From an uncultured Bacilli bacterium (lineage in GTDB: Bacteria > Bacillota_I > Bacilli_A > RF39 > UBA660): 64,000 nt of DNA. Below, one piece after another: positions 50,630 to 59,656 of this stretch (position 1 is the first letter of the stretch; every line of letters starts with the position of its first letter). The stretch is taken from contig CANRKG010000002.1 of assembly GCA_947631155.1 (NCBI GenBank), forward strand, positions 12,325-76,324, in the 5' to 3' direction. The translations under genes and the position numbers were made by a program. A model generated the notes under the pieces. It searched no databases. It saw only the letters and a program-made list of their open reading frames with translations, and was not told where the DNA came from.

Positions 50630-50839
50630 ATGGCAACTCAAGTCACTGTAAAAAACGGTAATTTAGACATGGCTTTAAAGAAATTTAAGCAAAAAGTAGC
50701 TAGAGACGGTGTCCCTTCAGAATGCAAAAAAAGAGAATGTTATGATAAACCAGGAGTAAGAAGACGTAATGCTAAAAAAGAAGGAATAAAAAATTCTAGA
50801 AAAAGAGATAAAAAAGAACGAGCAAATAGAGATAATTAA
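50630..50839 (+). CDS. rpsU: 30S ribosomal protein S21
   Basis: MATQVTVKNGNLDMALKKFKQKVARDG...; GGGAGGGAG RBS; terminator hairpin AAATAGAGAT/ATCTCTATTT at 50824-50848. Confidence 0.93.
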   Translation: MATQVTVKNGNLDMALKKFKQKVARDGVPSECKKRECYDKPGVRRRNAKKEGIKNSRKRDKKERANRDN

Positions 50840-50902
50840 TCTCTATTTTTATATCTAGATATAAATTAAAATTTGATATATAATAATTATGGAGATGATA
50901 AT

Positions 50903-51346
50903 ATGAGTTTAGTGGAAAAATTAATGGATGATATGAAAACAGCTATGAAACTACATCAAAAAGAAAAACTTACTGTTATTAGAATGGTAAAAGCAGCTTT
51001 AGATAAAGAAAGAATTGATAAAAAAGTAGAAGTTACAGATGATTTATTAATTGATGTTGTAAATAAACAAATCAAATTGAGAAATGATTCTATTCAAGAA
51101 TTTCAAAAAGCAAATCGTGACGATTTAGTTGCCAAAACAGAACAAGAATTAGAAGTTTTAAAAGTTTATTTACCAGAACAATTAACTATCGAAGAAGTAA
51201 CAAATATTATAGAAGCAGCAATTACAGAAACAAATGCTACCTCAATTAAAGATATGGGTAATGTTATGAAAACAATTACCCCAAAGATTAAAGGTAGATT
51301 TGATATGAAAACTGTTAGTGAAATAATTAGAAAAAAATTAAATTGA
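50903..51346 (+). CDS. yqeY: GatB/YqeY domain protein
   Basis: MSLVEKLMDDMKTAMK..EKLTVIRMVKAAL... matches the YqeY family, and the gene follows rpsU as in Bacillus. Confidence 0.88.
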   Translation: MSLVEKLMDDMKTAMKLHQKEKLTVIRMVKAALDKERIDKKVEVTDDLLIDVVNKQIKLRNDSIQEFQKANRDDLVAKTEQELEVLKVYLPEQLTIEEVTNIIEAAITETNATSIKDMGNVMKTITPKIKGRFDMKTVSEIIRKKLN

Positions 51347-51402
51347 TTATCTAATCAATTTTTTTTATTGGTATAACATATCATTTAATAGGTGATATTA
51401 TT

Positions 51403-51645
51403 ATGTTTAATCGAGTTAAAGAATATATTAATGATAATGAATTTAGATTGACTATATTCGAAGATAGGGTTTATGCGATAAATTATTTAAAGATTATTTC
51501 ATTAGAAGATGAACGAATTTCTTTTCTAACGGCTAAGGGTAAAATTGTGATTAAGGGAAGAAATTTACGTTTAAGTAAATTGTTAGATGATGAAGTATTA
51601 ATAAGTGGTTATGTAACTAATGTAGAGGTTGATTTTGATGAATAA
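51403..51645 (+). CDS. yqfC: Sporulation protein YqfC
   Basis: 80-aa product overlapping the start of yqfD, in the conserved yqfC-yqfD arrangement. The pattern ...I.GY.I..EVDFDE is typical. Confidence 0.75.
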   Translation: MFNRVKEYINDNEFRLTIFEDRVYAINYLKIISLEDERISFLTAKGKIVIKGRNLRLSKLLDDEVLISGYVTNVEVDFDE

Positions 51646-52822
51646 TCGATACAAGATAAAAATAATAGGCAAAAATACAAAGCGATTCATTACAGAGTTA
51701 ATTAATCAAAAAATATCGCTTTATCATCTGGAAAATACTAATAAATATTCTATAATAATAGTAGATGATGAAGGATTAAAAAAAATCCAAAAGATTAAGA
51801 CCAGTTATGAAGTAGAAATAATTAAGATGTATGGATTAATTAGATATAAAAATCTATTAAAAAAATATAGATGGTTTTTAATTGCCTTGGGATTAGGTAT
51901 TGGTCTTATTTATTTGTTATCTAATATTATTTTTTCGGTTGAAGTAGAACACTCTAAAAGTGAGATTAGAAACATTATTTTAAATGATTTAAAATCATAT
52001 GGAATTGCTAAATATCGATTTAGAGTTAGTTATAACCAAAAAGAAGAAATAAAGAAGAAAATATTAGCCAAAGAAACAGAGCGAATTGAATGGTTAGAAA
52101 TTGAGCGAGTTGGTACTAAATATATTGTTAAAGTAGAAGAAAGAATTAAAAATGAACCTAAAAATAATGATACAGCGCAACATATTATTGCCAAAAAAGA
52201 TGCTATGATTTTAAGAATTAGTGCTATTAGTGGGGAAGTAGTCAAGAAAAAATATGATTATGTAAAAAAAGGAGAAGTTTTAATTAGTGGTTTTATTACG
52301 CGTGATGAAAAAGTAGTTTCTAAAACTAAAGCTGATGGTAGTGTGTTTGGAGAAGTTTGGTATCAAGTAGAAGTAGATTTACCAAAACAATATCATGTTA
52401 TAAATAAAACTGGCCAAAAAAAGAAAAAAATAGAATTAAATATTTTTAATAAAAGTATATTTTTATTTGACTTTTCAAAATATAAAACTTATCAGGTAAC
52501 AAGAAAAAATCTCCTAAAAAATAATATTATACCTATTTCTCTTAATTATACGACTATTTATCAAACTAATGAAATATCTAAAAATTATACTTATCAAAAT
52601 GTTTCCAAGGAAGCTATTACCATTGCTACTAAAAAATTAAAACAAAAATTACATAAAGATGACCAAATAATTTCTAAAAAAGTTTTGAAAAAGATAGAAA
52701 AAGATAGTAGAATAGTAGTAGATGTATTTTTTAAAGTAGAAGAAGATATAAAAGATACAGAAAACATAGAAAATATTAAAATAGAAGATATAGAAGGTGA
52801 AAAGAATGAGTCAAGTAACTAG
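51638..52822 (+). CDS. yqfD: Sporulation protein YqfD
   Basis: ~395 aa with a central TM and the motif block IIAKKDAMILRI....GEVVKKKYDYVKKGEVLISG typical of YqfD. ATG 51638 lies 9 nt after GAGG. Confidence 0.8.
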   Translation: MNNRYKIKIIGKNTKRFITELINQKISLYHLENTNKYSIIIVDDEGLKKIQKIKTSYEVEIIKMYGLIRYKNLLKKYRWFLIALGLGIGLIYLLSNIIFSVEVEHSKSEIRNIILNDLKSYGIAKYRFRVSYNQKEEIKKKILAKETERIEWLEIERVGTKYIVKVEERIKNEPKNNDTAQHIIAKKDAMILRISAISGEVVKKKYDYVKKGEVLISGFITRDEKVVSKTKADGSVFGEVWYQVEVDLPKQYHVINKTGQKKKKIELNIFNKSIFLFDFSKYKTYQVTRKNLLKNNIIPISLNYTTIYQTNEISKNYTYQNVSKEAITIATKKLKQKLHKDDQIISKKVLKKIEKDSRIVVDVFFKVEEDIKDTENIENIKIEDIEGEKNESSN

Positions 52823-53402
52823 AACGATTCAAAGCGTTATTAATTTAACCTGGCCAATGATTTTAATATCTGTTGTTATTATTGTATCTTTAAGAATAAC
52901 ATACTTAATTAAAAATCAGCAACATTTAGTCTTATATAAAGAACTTTTAATGTTATCGTTTATTATTTATATACTATGTTTATTCCAGATTGTGACTTTT
53001 CAAGATGACGTAACATGGAGTAGTAATAATTTTATACCATTTAAAGAAATATTTAGATATAATTTAGGTAGTAAATTATTTTTAAAAAATGTTTTAGGTA
53101 ATGTTATGTTATTTATACCATTTGGTTTTTTTACAAGTCATTATCTTAAGTTAAAGAAACCATATTCAGCTATTCTTTTATCAATTATTGCATCTATTTC
53201 AATTGAATCTGTCCAGATGGTTATTGGTCGAGTTTTTGATGTAGATGACATTATACTTAATCTTTGTGGCGGAATATTTGGTTATTATATTTATAACTTT
53301 TTAAGAAACATTGTATCACAATTACCAGGGTTCATGAAATCAGAAATATTTTTAAATATTGTTTCTGTTATAATATTATTAGGAATTATTAGTTTAATAT
53401 AG
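52806..53402 (+). CDS. VanZ family membrane protein
   Basis: NFIPFK..., GNVMLFIPFGFF and E..Q......R.FDVDDIILN motifs. ATG 52806 lies 6 nt after AAGGTG. Confidence 0.85.
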   Translation: MSQVTRTIQSVINLTWPMILISVVIIVSLRITYLIKNQQHLVLYKELLMLSFIIYILCLFQIVTFQDDVTWSSNNFIPFKEIFRYNLGSKLFLKNVLGNVMLFIPFGFFTSHYLKLKKPYSAILLSIIASISIESVQMVIGRVFDVDDIILNLCGGIFGYYIYNFLRNIVSQLPGFMKSEIFLNIVSVIILLGIISLI

Positions 53403-53411
53403 GAGTAAGGT

Positions 53412-53864
53412 ATGAATAAAATTGAAGTATTTAATCAAACCAATCATGATATAGCCGAATTAAAAGATATAAAGACTGTTTTAGAATATGCAGGTAAAAA
53501 AGAAAAATTAAAAAATGTAGAAGTTAATGTAATTATAGTGGATAATAACTATATTCATGAATTAAACAAAAATTATCGAGATATTGATAGAGAAACAGAT
53601 GTTATCACTTTTGCTTTAGAAGATGATAATCAAGTAATAAATGGTAGTGATGTTAGACCTTTAGGTGATATCTATATATCAATTGATAGAGCAAAACAAC
53701 AAGCGATTGATTATAATCATTCCTTTAAAAGAGAAATCATATTTTTAGCTGTTCATGGTTTCTATCATTTATTAGGGTATGATCATATGAATAAAGAAGA
53801 TGAAGAAATAATGTTTGGAAAACAGGAGGCAGTATTAAATGAGTGTGAAATCAAAAGAGACTAA
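53412..53864 (+). CDS. ybeY: rRNA maturation endoribonuclease YbeY
   Basis: DVITFAL and the zinc motif HGFYHLLGYDH. Confidence 0.95.
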   Translation: MNKIEVFNQTNHDIAELKDIKTVLEYAGKKEKLKNVEVNVIIVDNNYIHELNKNYRDIDRETDVITFALEDDNQVINGSDVRPLGDIYISIDRAKQQAIDYNHSFKREIIFLAVHGFYHLLGYDHMNKEDEEIMFGKQEAVLNECEIKRD

Positions 53865-54246
53865 TGTAAAATTAGATAAAAAAAGATTACGTAATAGTTT
53901 TAAATTTGCAATCGAAGGTGTTAAAACAGCCTATAAAGAAGAACAAAATTTAAGAATCCATACCTGCATTGCAATTATTGTTATAATTTTAGGCTTAGTT
54001 CTTAAAATAAGTTATTTAGAGTGGTTTATCTGTTTAATTTTAATTGGATTAGTTTTAATGGCAGAATTTTTTAATACAGCATTTGAAAATATAGTAGATA
54101 TGATTACAACAGATATTAATCCATTTGCTAAAAATGCTAAGGATATGGCTAGTAGTGGAGTTTTGGCTATGGCTGTTATTGCTGCTACCGTCGGAATAAT
54201 AATATTTATACCCAAAATTATAGCACTAATAGGTGGTTTATTATGA
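53839..54246 (+). CDS. dgkA: Diacylglycerol/undecaprenol kinase (prokaryotic DagK family)
   Basis: FKFAIEG...EQNLRIH, AEFFNTAFENIVD, 3 TM segments, ~135 aa. Confidence 0.9.
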   Translation: MSVKSKETNVKLDKKRLRNSFKFAIEGVKTAYKEEQNLRIHTCIAIIVIILGLVLKISYLEWFICLILIGLVLMAEFFNTAFENIVDMITTDINPFAKNAKDMASSGVLAMAVIAATVGIIIFIPKIIALIGGLL

Positions 54247-55130
54247 AATGTGGGTTTGTTAGTTTAGTAGGGAGACCTAATGTTGGAAAAAGTACATTAC
54301 TTAATAATATTTTAAGAATGAAATTAGCTATTACCTCAAATGTTAGTGGAACGACTAGAAATATAATTCAAGGAATTTATAATGATAAAGATTCTCAAAT
54401 TATTTTTGTAGATACACCAGGAATTCATAAGCCAACTCATAAATTAGGTACTGTTATGAATAAAAAAGCTTATGAACATACTGAAGGTGTTGATGTCATT
54501 TTATTTTTAATAGATATTGATAAAGGTTTTGGTAAAGGTGATGAATTTATTTTAAATCATATTAAAGATAAAGAAATTCCTATTTTTCTATTACTAAATA
54601 AAGTTGATAAAATAAAAAATAAAGAAATATTACTAGAAAAAATTGCCAGTTTACAAAAGTTATATAATTTTGCAGAGATTATTCCTCTTTCTGCACTTAA
54701 AAATGATAATATTTCTACTTTAATCGAATGTATAAAGAAATATTTAGACGAAGGAGATAGAATCTATCAAGAAGAGGAATTAACTAATGTTTCAACTAGA
54801 TTTATTATGGCTGAATTTGTTAGAGAAAAAGTTTTAGAACTAACCAGAGATGAAATACCACATACAGTTACTTGCTATGTAGAAAATTATGAAGAAGATG
54901 ATAAAGTTGTTCATATTCAAGTGTTAATTGTAGTGGATAGAGATAATATCAAAAAAATTATTATTGGTAAAAATGGTTCTATGTTAAAAGAAATTGGTTC
55001 TAGAGCTAGAGCAGACATGGAAAAGTTTTTAGGTAAAAAAGTATATTTAGAAAGTTATGTTAAAACATTAAAAAATTGGCGAGATCAAGAAAAGTATTTT
55101 CAAGAACTTGGTTTAGACGATATTGAATAA
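54243..55130 (+). CDS. era: GTPase Era
   Basis: G1 GRPNVGKST, G3 DTPG, G4 NKVD, and a C-terminal KH domain (IIIGKNGSMLKEIG). Confidence 0.97.
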   Translation: MKCGFVSLVGRPNVGKSTLLNNILRMKLAITSNVSGTTRNIIQGIYNDKDSQIIFVDTPGIHKPTHKLGTVMNKKAYEHTEGVDVILFLIDIDKGFGKGDEFILNHIKDKEIPIFLLLNKVDKIKNKEILLEKIASLQKLYNFAEIIPLSALKNDNISTLIECIKKYLDEGDRIYQEEELTNVSTRFIMAEFVREKVLELTRDEIPHTVTCYVENYEEDDKVVHIQVLIVVDRDNIKKIIIGKNGSMLKEIGSRARADMEKFLGKKVYLESYVKTLKNWRDQEKYFQELGLDDIE

Positions 55131-55171
55131 AAAAAATTAAAAATCACCACTATAATAATAGAGGTGATTTT

Positions 55172-55261
55172 ATGAATGATATAGTATGGAAATTATTCAA
55201 AGAAACAGGCGATATAAAATATTATATTTTATTAAAACAAATAAGTAAAAGAAGGGATTAA
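55172..55261 (+). CDS. yqzL: YqzL family small protein (29 aa)
   Basis: Not in the ORF track. MNDIVWKLFKETGDIKYYILLKQISKRRD. It sits between era and recO, exactly as in B. subtilis, and its TAA abuts the recO ATG. Confidence 0.75.
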   Translation: MNDIVWKLFKETGDIKYYILLKQISKRRD

Positions 55262-56005
55262 ATGAAAATAGAGGAAGTAGAAGGCATTATAGTAAGTGAA
55301 ACTAATTATAGTGAGTCTAGTAAAATATTAAATGTTTTGACGAAAGAACATAAAATGATTGGAGTTATTTCTAAAGGATGTCGAAATATCAAAAGTAAAT
55401 TGCGCAGTGTTAGTAGAAAGTTAATTTATGGTAAATTTCATATTTACTATAAAGAAACTGGCTTATCGACTTTGATTAGTGTCGATGTTATTAATTCCTT
55501 TAATAATATTCTGCTAAATCTAAAAAATATTTCTTATGCTTCCTATATTGTTGATTTAGTAACTCAAGTTTCTAAACAAAATGATGATGATGGTTTATTT
55601 AAATTATTAAAAGATTCTCTTATTAAAATAGAAGAAGGTTATAATCCATATATTTTAATGATGATTGTGGAATTAAAATTACTTGATTATCTAGGGGTTA
55701 AACCTATGATTGATGGCTGTAGTTTTTGTGGAAACACTAAAAATATTGTTGCTTTAGATGCGCGTGCAGGAGGTTATATTTGTGCTAATTGTAATCAAAA
55801 TGCTAGAATGACTAGTGATAAAGTGATTAAATTAGTAAGAATGCTATATTATGTTGATATTCAAAGTATTACAAAATTAGAAATTTCTAGTGAAGTATTA
55901 AAAGAAATTAACTTCTTCTTAGAAGATTATTATGATCAGTATACAGGACTTTATTTAAAAAGTAAAAGTTTTTTAAAACAATTAGAAAAAATAGAATCAG
56001 TTTAA
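55262..56005 (+). CDS. recO: DNA repair protein RecO
   Basis: N-terminal OB region (EGIIVSETNYSESSKIL) and a zinc motif CxxC...CxxC (CSFCG...CANC). Confidence 0.92.
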   Translation: MKIEEVEGIIVSETNYSESSKILNVLTKEHKMIGVISKGCRNIKSKLRSVSRKLIYGKFHIYYKETGLSTLISVDVINSFNNILLNLKNISYASYIVDLVTQVSKQNDDDGLFKLLKDSLIKIEEGYNPYILMMIVELKLLDYLGVKPMIDGCSFCGNTKNIVALDARAGGYICANCNQNARMTSDKVIKLVRMLYYVDIQSITKLEISSEVLKEINFFLEDYYDQYTGLYLKSKSFLKQLEKIESV

Positions 56006-56032
56006 TACAAAGCTTCATAAAAGCTTTTTTTA

Positions 56033-56061
56033 TTGACAAATAAGCCATTTTGTGATAAAAT
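56033..56061 (+). promoter_or_regulatory. Putative promoter of the serine hydrolase gene
   Basis: TTGACA (56033-38), 17 nt, TAAAAT (56056-61) with TG at the extended -10 position. It is preceded by the recO terminator hairpin AAAGCTT/AAGCTTT + T-run (~56008-56031). Confidence 0.6.
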
Positions 56062-56089
56062 ACAGAGCATTAGGAAGTGAGATGGTTAT

Positions 56090-57454
56090 ATGTCATATAA
56101 TAAAATATTTGAAGAATTTTTAGAAGAAATTCAAAACGAATCATATGCATCGGCAGATGAAATACGTAAAGTTACTTATGATATGTTACAAATTATTCAA
56201 AATAATAAAGATGCTACACCAGAGGAATTAGTAGAAAAAATAATAGTAGATAATGTTAAATTATTGGAAGATATTAAAAACTCTTATCCTATACCTGGAT
56301 ATACTGTAGGAGTTACTGTTAACAATATTAATGTAAAGTTATTTGGGGGAGATATTGATTCTATGCAAAGAAAAATGCCCGATAATGCTTTATTTGATAT
56401 TGCCTCAATGACAAAATTTTATACACAAATAGTTGCTTATAATTTAATAAAAGAAAAAGTATTTTCTCTTTCTGATAAAATTAGTGATTTAGATCCTAAA
56501 TTTGAAAATTTAAATGATTTAACAGTAAGAGATATACTAACTTTTACAACTAATATAGCAACTAATGGACGTGTTGAGGATGCGAATACAGTTACGGAAG
56601 CATTAGATCGATTATACCAATCTAAGGTTGTTTCTAAAGGAGAATATCAATATACTGATATTGGGCTTATGATAATGAAAGAAGTAATGGAAAACACTAC
56701 GGGTATTTCTTATGCTGATTTAGTAGATCAATATATTATAAAACCATTAAATTTAAAAGATACTCATTTAATAGTACCTAAACAAAAAATAGATCTAGTT
56801 ACAGGAACACCTAATGCTAAGATGGGTAAAGTAAATGATCCTAAGGCTCTAGCTCTAGGTGGATATAGTGGTCATGCTGGAGTATTTGCTTCTAGTGATG
56901 ATTTAATCAAATTAGCTAAAGGTGCAACAGAAGGAATCATTCTTCCAGAAGAAGGACTAAAAGATGCTTATACTCCTGGTGTTAAACCTATTCGTGGTGT
57001 GATGGGTAATACTTATACTTCTCACGAAAAAGGAATTGACGCTAGTTATGTTGATAAATTAGAACCTATTACTAATTTTGCCATTCAAGGAAGCACTCGA
57101 GTTCAAATGAACATAAGTAAAACTTGGAAAGGAGCATCTACTATCTTATTCAATCCAGCTTCTATGTCACTTGAACAAGCCTTAGAAGAAGAAGCTAAAA
57201 TTAATGAGAAAAGAGCATTAAATAATCAAGCTCCGCTATCTTTAGTAAAGCATTTCAAATTTAATCAAAATGGTGATGCTATCGAATACGACTTGATTAA
57301 TCCTGTTCAAATGGCACCAGGTGGTAAAACTGTTGAACCAGTTACTACTGAAAATGCTAAACTTGCTTTACGACTTAGATTCCTAAGTAAAGTAATTGAC
57401 GCTTATGATAAAAATTACACTAAGGAAATTACTGTTAGTAAAAATATCAAATAG
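56090..57454 (+). CDS. Serine hydrolase, beta-lactamase (class C-like)/PBP4*-type family
   Basis: SxxK = SMTK, and a GHAG box equivalent to KTG/HxG. No signal peptide is evident. Confidence 0.8.
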   Translation: MSYNKIFEEFLEEIQNESYASADEIRKVTYDMLQIIQNNKDATPEELVEKIIVDNVKLLEDIKNSYPIPGYTVGVTVNNINVKLFGGDIDSMQRKMPDNALFDIASMTKFYTQIVAYNLIKEKVFSLSDKISDLDPKFENLNDLTVRDILTFTTNIATNGRVEDANTVTEALDRLYQSKVVSKGEYQYTDIGLMIMKEVMENTTGISYADLVDQYIIKPLNLKDTHLIVPKQKIDLVTGTPNAKMGKVNDPKALALGGYSGHAGVFASSDDLIKLAKGATEGIILPEEGLKDAYTPGVKPIRGVMGNTYTSHEKGIDASYVDKLEPITNFAIQGSTRVQMNISKTWKGASTILFNPASMSLEQALEEEAKINEKRALNNQAPLSLVKHFKFNQNGDAIEYDLINPVQMAPGGKTVEPVTTENAKLALRLRFLSKVIDAYDKNYTKEITVSKNIK

Positions 57455-57458
57455 ATTA

Positions 57459-57629
57459 TTGACATAATAACAAAAAATTAGTAATATTAAGATAAATGTT
57501 GCGATGACCGAGGTGGAATCTCGACCAGCAGTATATAGAAAGTGATTCTTCTAGAATAAATAAGGTGGAACCGCGGGTTAACTCGTCCTTATGTAAATTC
57601 TAGAAGTTTTTATTTTTAAGGAGGAGAGT
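57459..57629 (+). promoter_or_regulatory. Promoter plus compact T-box-like leader (glycine-type) upstream of the LOG-glyQS operon
   Basis: TTGACA (57459-64), 17 nt, TAATAT (57482-87). The leader starts with UUGCGAUGA. The T-box core AAUAAGGUGGAACCGCG lies at 57557-57575. The antiterminator folds as AUAAGG / bulge UGGAACC / GCGGG-UUAA-CUCGU / CCUUAU (57560-57592). CUUCUAGAAU (57548-57) pairs with AUUCUAGAAG (57597-606) and is followed by U5AU5. Confidence 0.75.
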
Positions 57630-58175
57630 ATGAATTTATTTATTGGTAGTAGTTCCTATAATGATATTGATAAACACTATCTAGAAATTGCCCAAGATCT
57701 AATTGAAAAACTAGCCCAAATACCAAATCTTAATTTAGTAATTGGAGCGGCCCAAACAAATTGTGGCATAATTGATATTTCTTATCATGAATTTAAAAAG
57801 AAAAATAAAAAAGTTATGAGTATAACTTTAAAAGATTATCATAATAGTAATGATTTAGAAGTTGATGAAACTATTGAAGTAGAAACAACTATGGATAGGA
57901 TTAAATTAATTTATCAAAATAGTAATTTTATATTGTTTTTACCTGGCGGTTTAGGAACTCATAGTGAATTACTCGCCGTACTTAGTGAAAAGATAGAAAA
58001 AAATGATAATAAAACTGTAGTTATCTATAATAAAGATTTCTTTTATACACCCATAATTAAAGAATTATATTCTTTATATGAAAATAAATTTATAAAGAAG
58101 AATATTAGTGATTACTGTATCATTGAAAGTGATCCAGAAAAAATTAGAGATTTAATAGTAAAGGAGAATATGTAA
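57630..58175 (+). CDS. LOG family (TIGR00730/lysine-decarboxylase-like) protein
   Basis: PGGLGTHSELLAV matches the PGGxGTxxE LOG signature in a Rossmann-like ~180-aa protein. Confidence 0.8.
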   Translation: MNLFIGSSSYNDIDKHYLEIAQDLIEKLAQIPNLNLVIGAAQTNCGIIDISYHEFKKKNKKVMSITLKDYHNSNDLEVDETIEVETTMDRIKLIYQNSNFILFLPGGLGTHSELLAVLSEKIEKNDNKTVVIYNKDFFYTPIIKELYSLYENKFIKKNISDYCIIESDPEKIRDLIVKENM

Positions 58176-58176
58176 T

Positions 58177-59547
58177 ATGGAAAAATTAACAATGGAGAAA
58201 TTAGTGAGTTATTGTAAGCAATATGGTTTTATCTTTCAAGGAAGTGAAATCTATGGTGGTCTTGCGAATACTTGGGATTATGGACCACTGGGATCTAGGC
58301 TTAAAAATAATATTAAAGATTCATGGCGTAAAAGATTTATTCAGGAGCGTTCCAATGCTTATGAAGTTGATGCGGCAATTTTAATGCATCCGAAAGTTTG
58401 GGAAGCTAGTGGTCATGTTCAAAGCTTTTCAGATCCTTTAGTAGATTGTAAAGAATGTAAAATGCGACATAGAGTAGATAACTTAATCGATGATTTTAAT
58501 CCTAATGCTCATGCTGATGGTATGACCCAAGAAGAAATGATGCAATATATCAAAGATAATCATATCCCATGTCCAAATTGTGGTAAGCATGATTTTACTG
58601 ATATCAGAGAATTTAATTTAATGTTTGAAACTCATCGCGGAGTTACTAAAGATAGTAAAGGTCTAGTTTATTTACGACCTGAAAATGCCCAAGGTGAATA
58701 CGTTAATTTCTTAAATGTTCAAAGAACTATGAGAGCTAAATTACCATTTTCAATTGGACAAATTGGAAAAGCTTTTCGAAATGAAATAACTCCTGGTAAT
58801 TTTACTTTTAGAACCATTGAATTTGAACAGATGGAATATCAAACTTTTTGTAAAGAAGGAACAGATAGTGAATTATATAATTATTTTAAAGAATATGCTA
58901 AAAAATATTTTATGGATTTAGGGATTAAAGAAGAAAAATTAAGATACCACGATCATGAAAAATTAGCCCATTATGCCAAAGAAGCTTGTGATATTGAATA
59001 TGAATTTAATTTTGGATGGGGAGAGATAAATGGTACTCATAATCGAACTGATTACGATTTATCACGTCACCAAGAATACTCAACAGTATCACAACAATAT
59101 CTTGATCCAGAAACCAATGAAAAATTTATTCCATATATAATTGAATCAACTGTAGGGTGTGATAGAACTGTTTTAGCCATTTTAGATAATTCATATGAAG
59201 AAGAATTACTAGAAAATGGTGAAACAAGAGAAGTAATGCATTTTCATCCCTATCTTGCTCCATATAAAGTAGCAGTACTACCATTAGTAAAAAAATACCA
59301 TAATGAAAAGGCTTTTCAAATATATCAAGAACTTTCTAAAAAATTTATGTGTTCATATGATGAAGCAGGTAGCATTGGAAAAAGATATCGTAGACAAGAT
59401 GCAATTGGAACTCCTTTCTGTATCACGATTGATGATAATTCTATAAATGATAATACTGTAACAGTAAGAGATAGAGATACAATGGAACAAATTACATTAT
59501 CATTAGATGAAGTATCAAAATATATTGAAGAAAAGATTGTATTTTAA
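58177..59547 (+). CDS. glyQS: Glycine--tRNA ligase (homodimeric GlyQS type)
   Basis: FQGSEIYGGLANTWDYGPLG, YLRPENAQG, IGKAFRNEITPGNFTFRTIEFEQME and GCDRT motifs. Confidence 0.97.
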   Translation: MEKLTMEKLVSYCKQYGFIFQGSEIYGGLANTWDYGPLGSRLKNNIKDSWRKRFIQERSNAYEVDAAILMHPKVWEASGHVQSFSDPLVDCKECKMRHRVDNLIDDFNPNAHADGMTQEEMMQYIKDNHIPCPNCGKHDFTDIREFNLMFETHRGVTKDSKGLVYLRPENAQGEYVNFLNVQRTMRAKLPFSIGQIGKAFRNEITPGNFTFRTIEFEQMEYQTFCKEGTDSELYNYFKEYAKKYFMDLGIKEEKLRYHDHEKLAHYAKEACDIEYEFNFGWGEINGTHNRTDYDLSRHQEYSTVSQQYLDPETNEKFIPYIIESTVGCDRTVLAILDNSYEEELLENGETREVMHFHPYLAPYKVAVLPLVKKYHNEKAFQIYQELSKKFMCSYDEAGSIGKRYRRQDAIGTPFCITIDDNSINDNTVTVRDRDTMEQITLSLDEVSKYIEEKIVF

Positions 59548-59656
59548 TATTTAACTTAAAAGGAAATAAAATTCCTTTTTTTCTTTTGTTGACAAATATA
59601 CTTGTTTAATTGTTTAATATATTTAGATAATAATAGAAATTATAAGGAGATATTAT

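Noticed and set aside
57511-57520. A second GGUGGAAUC element in the glyQS leader, considered as a duplicated T-box.
   Set aside because: It lacks the downstream ACCGCG and pairing partner needed for an antiterminator. It is better explained as the terminal loop of the short Stem I-like hairpin.
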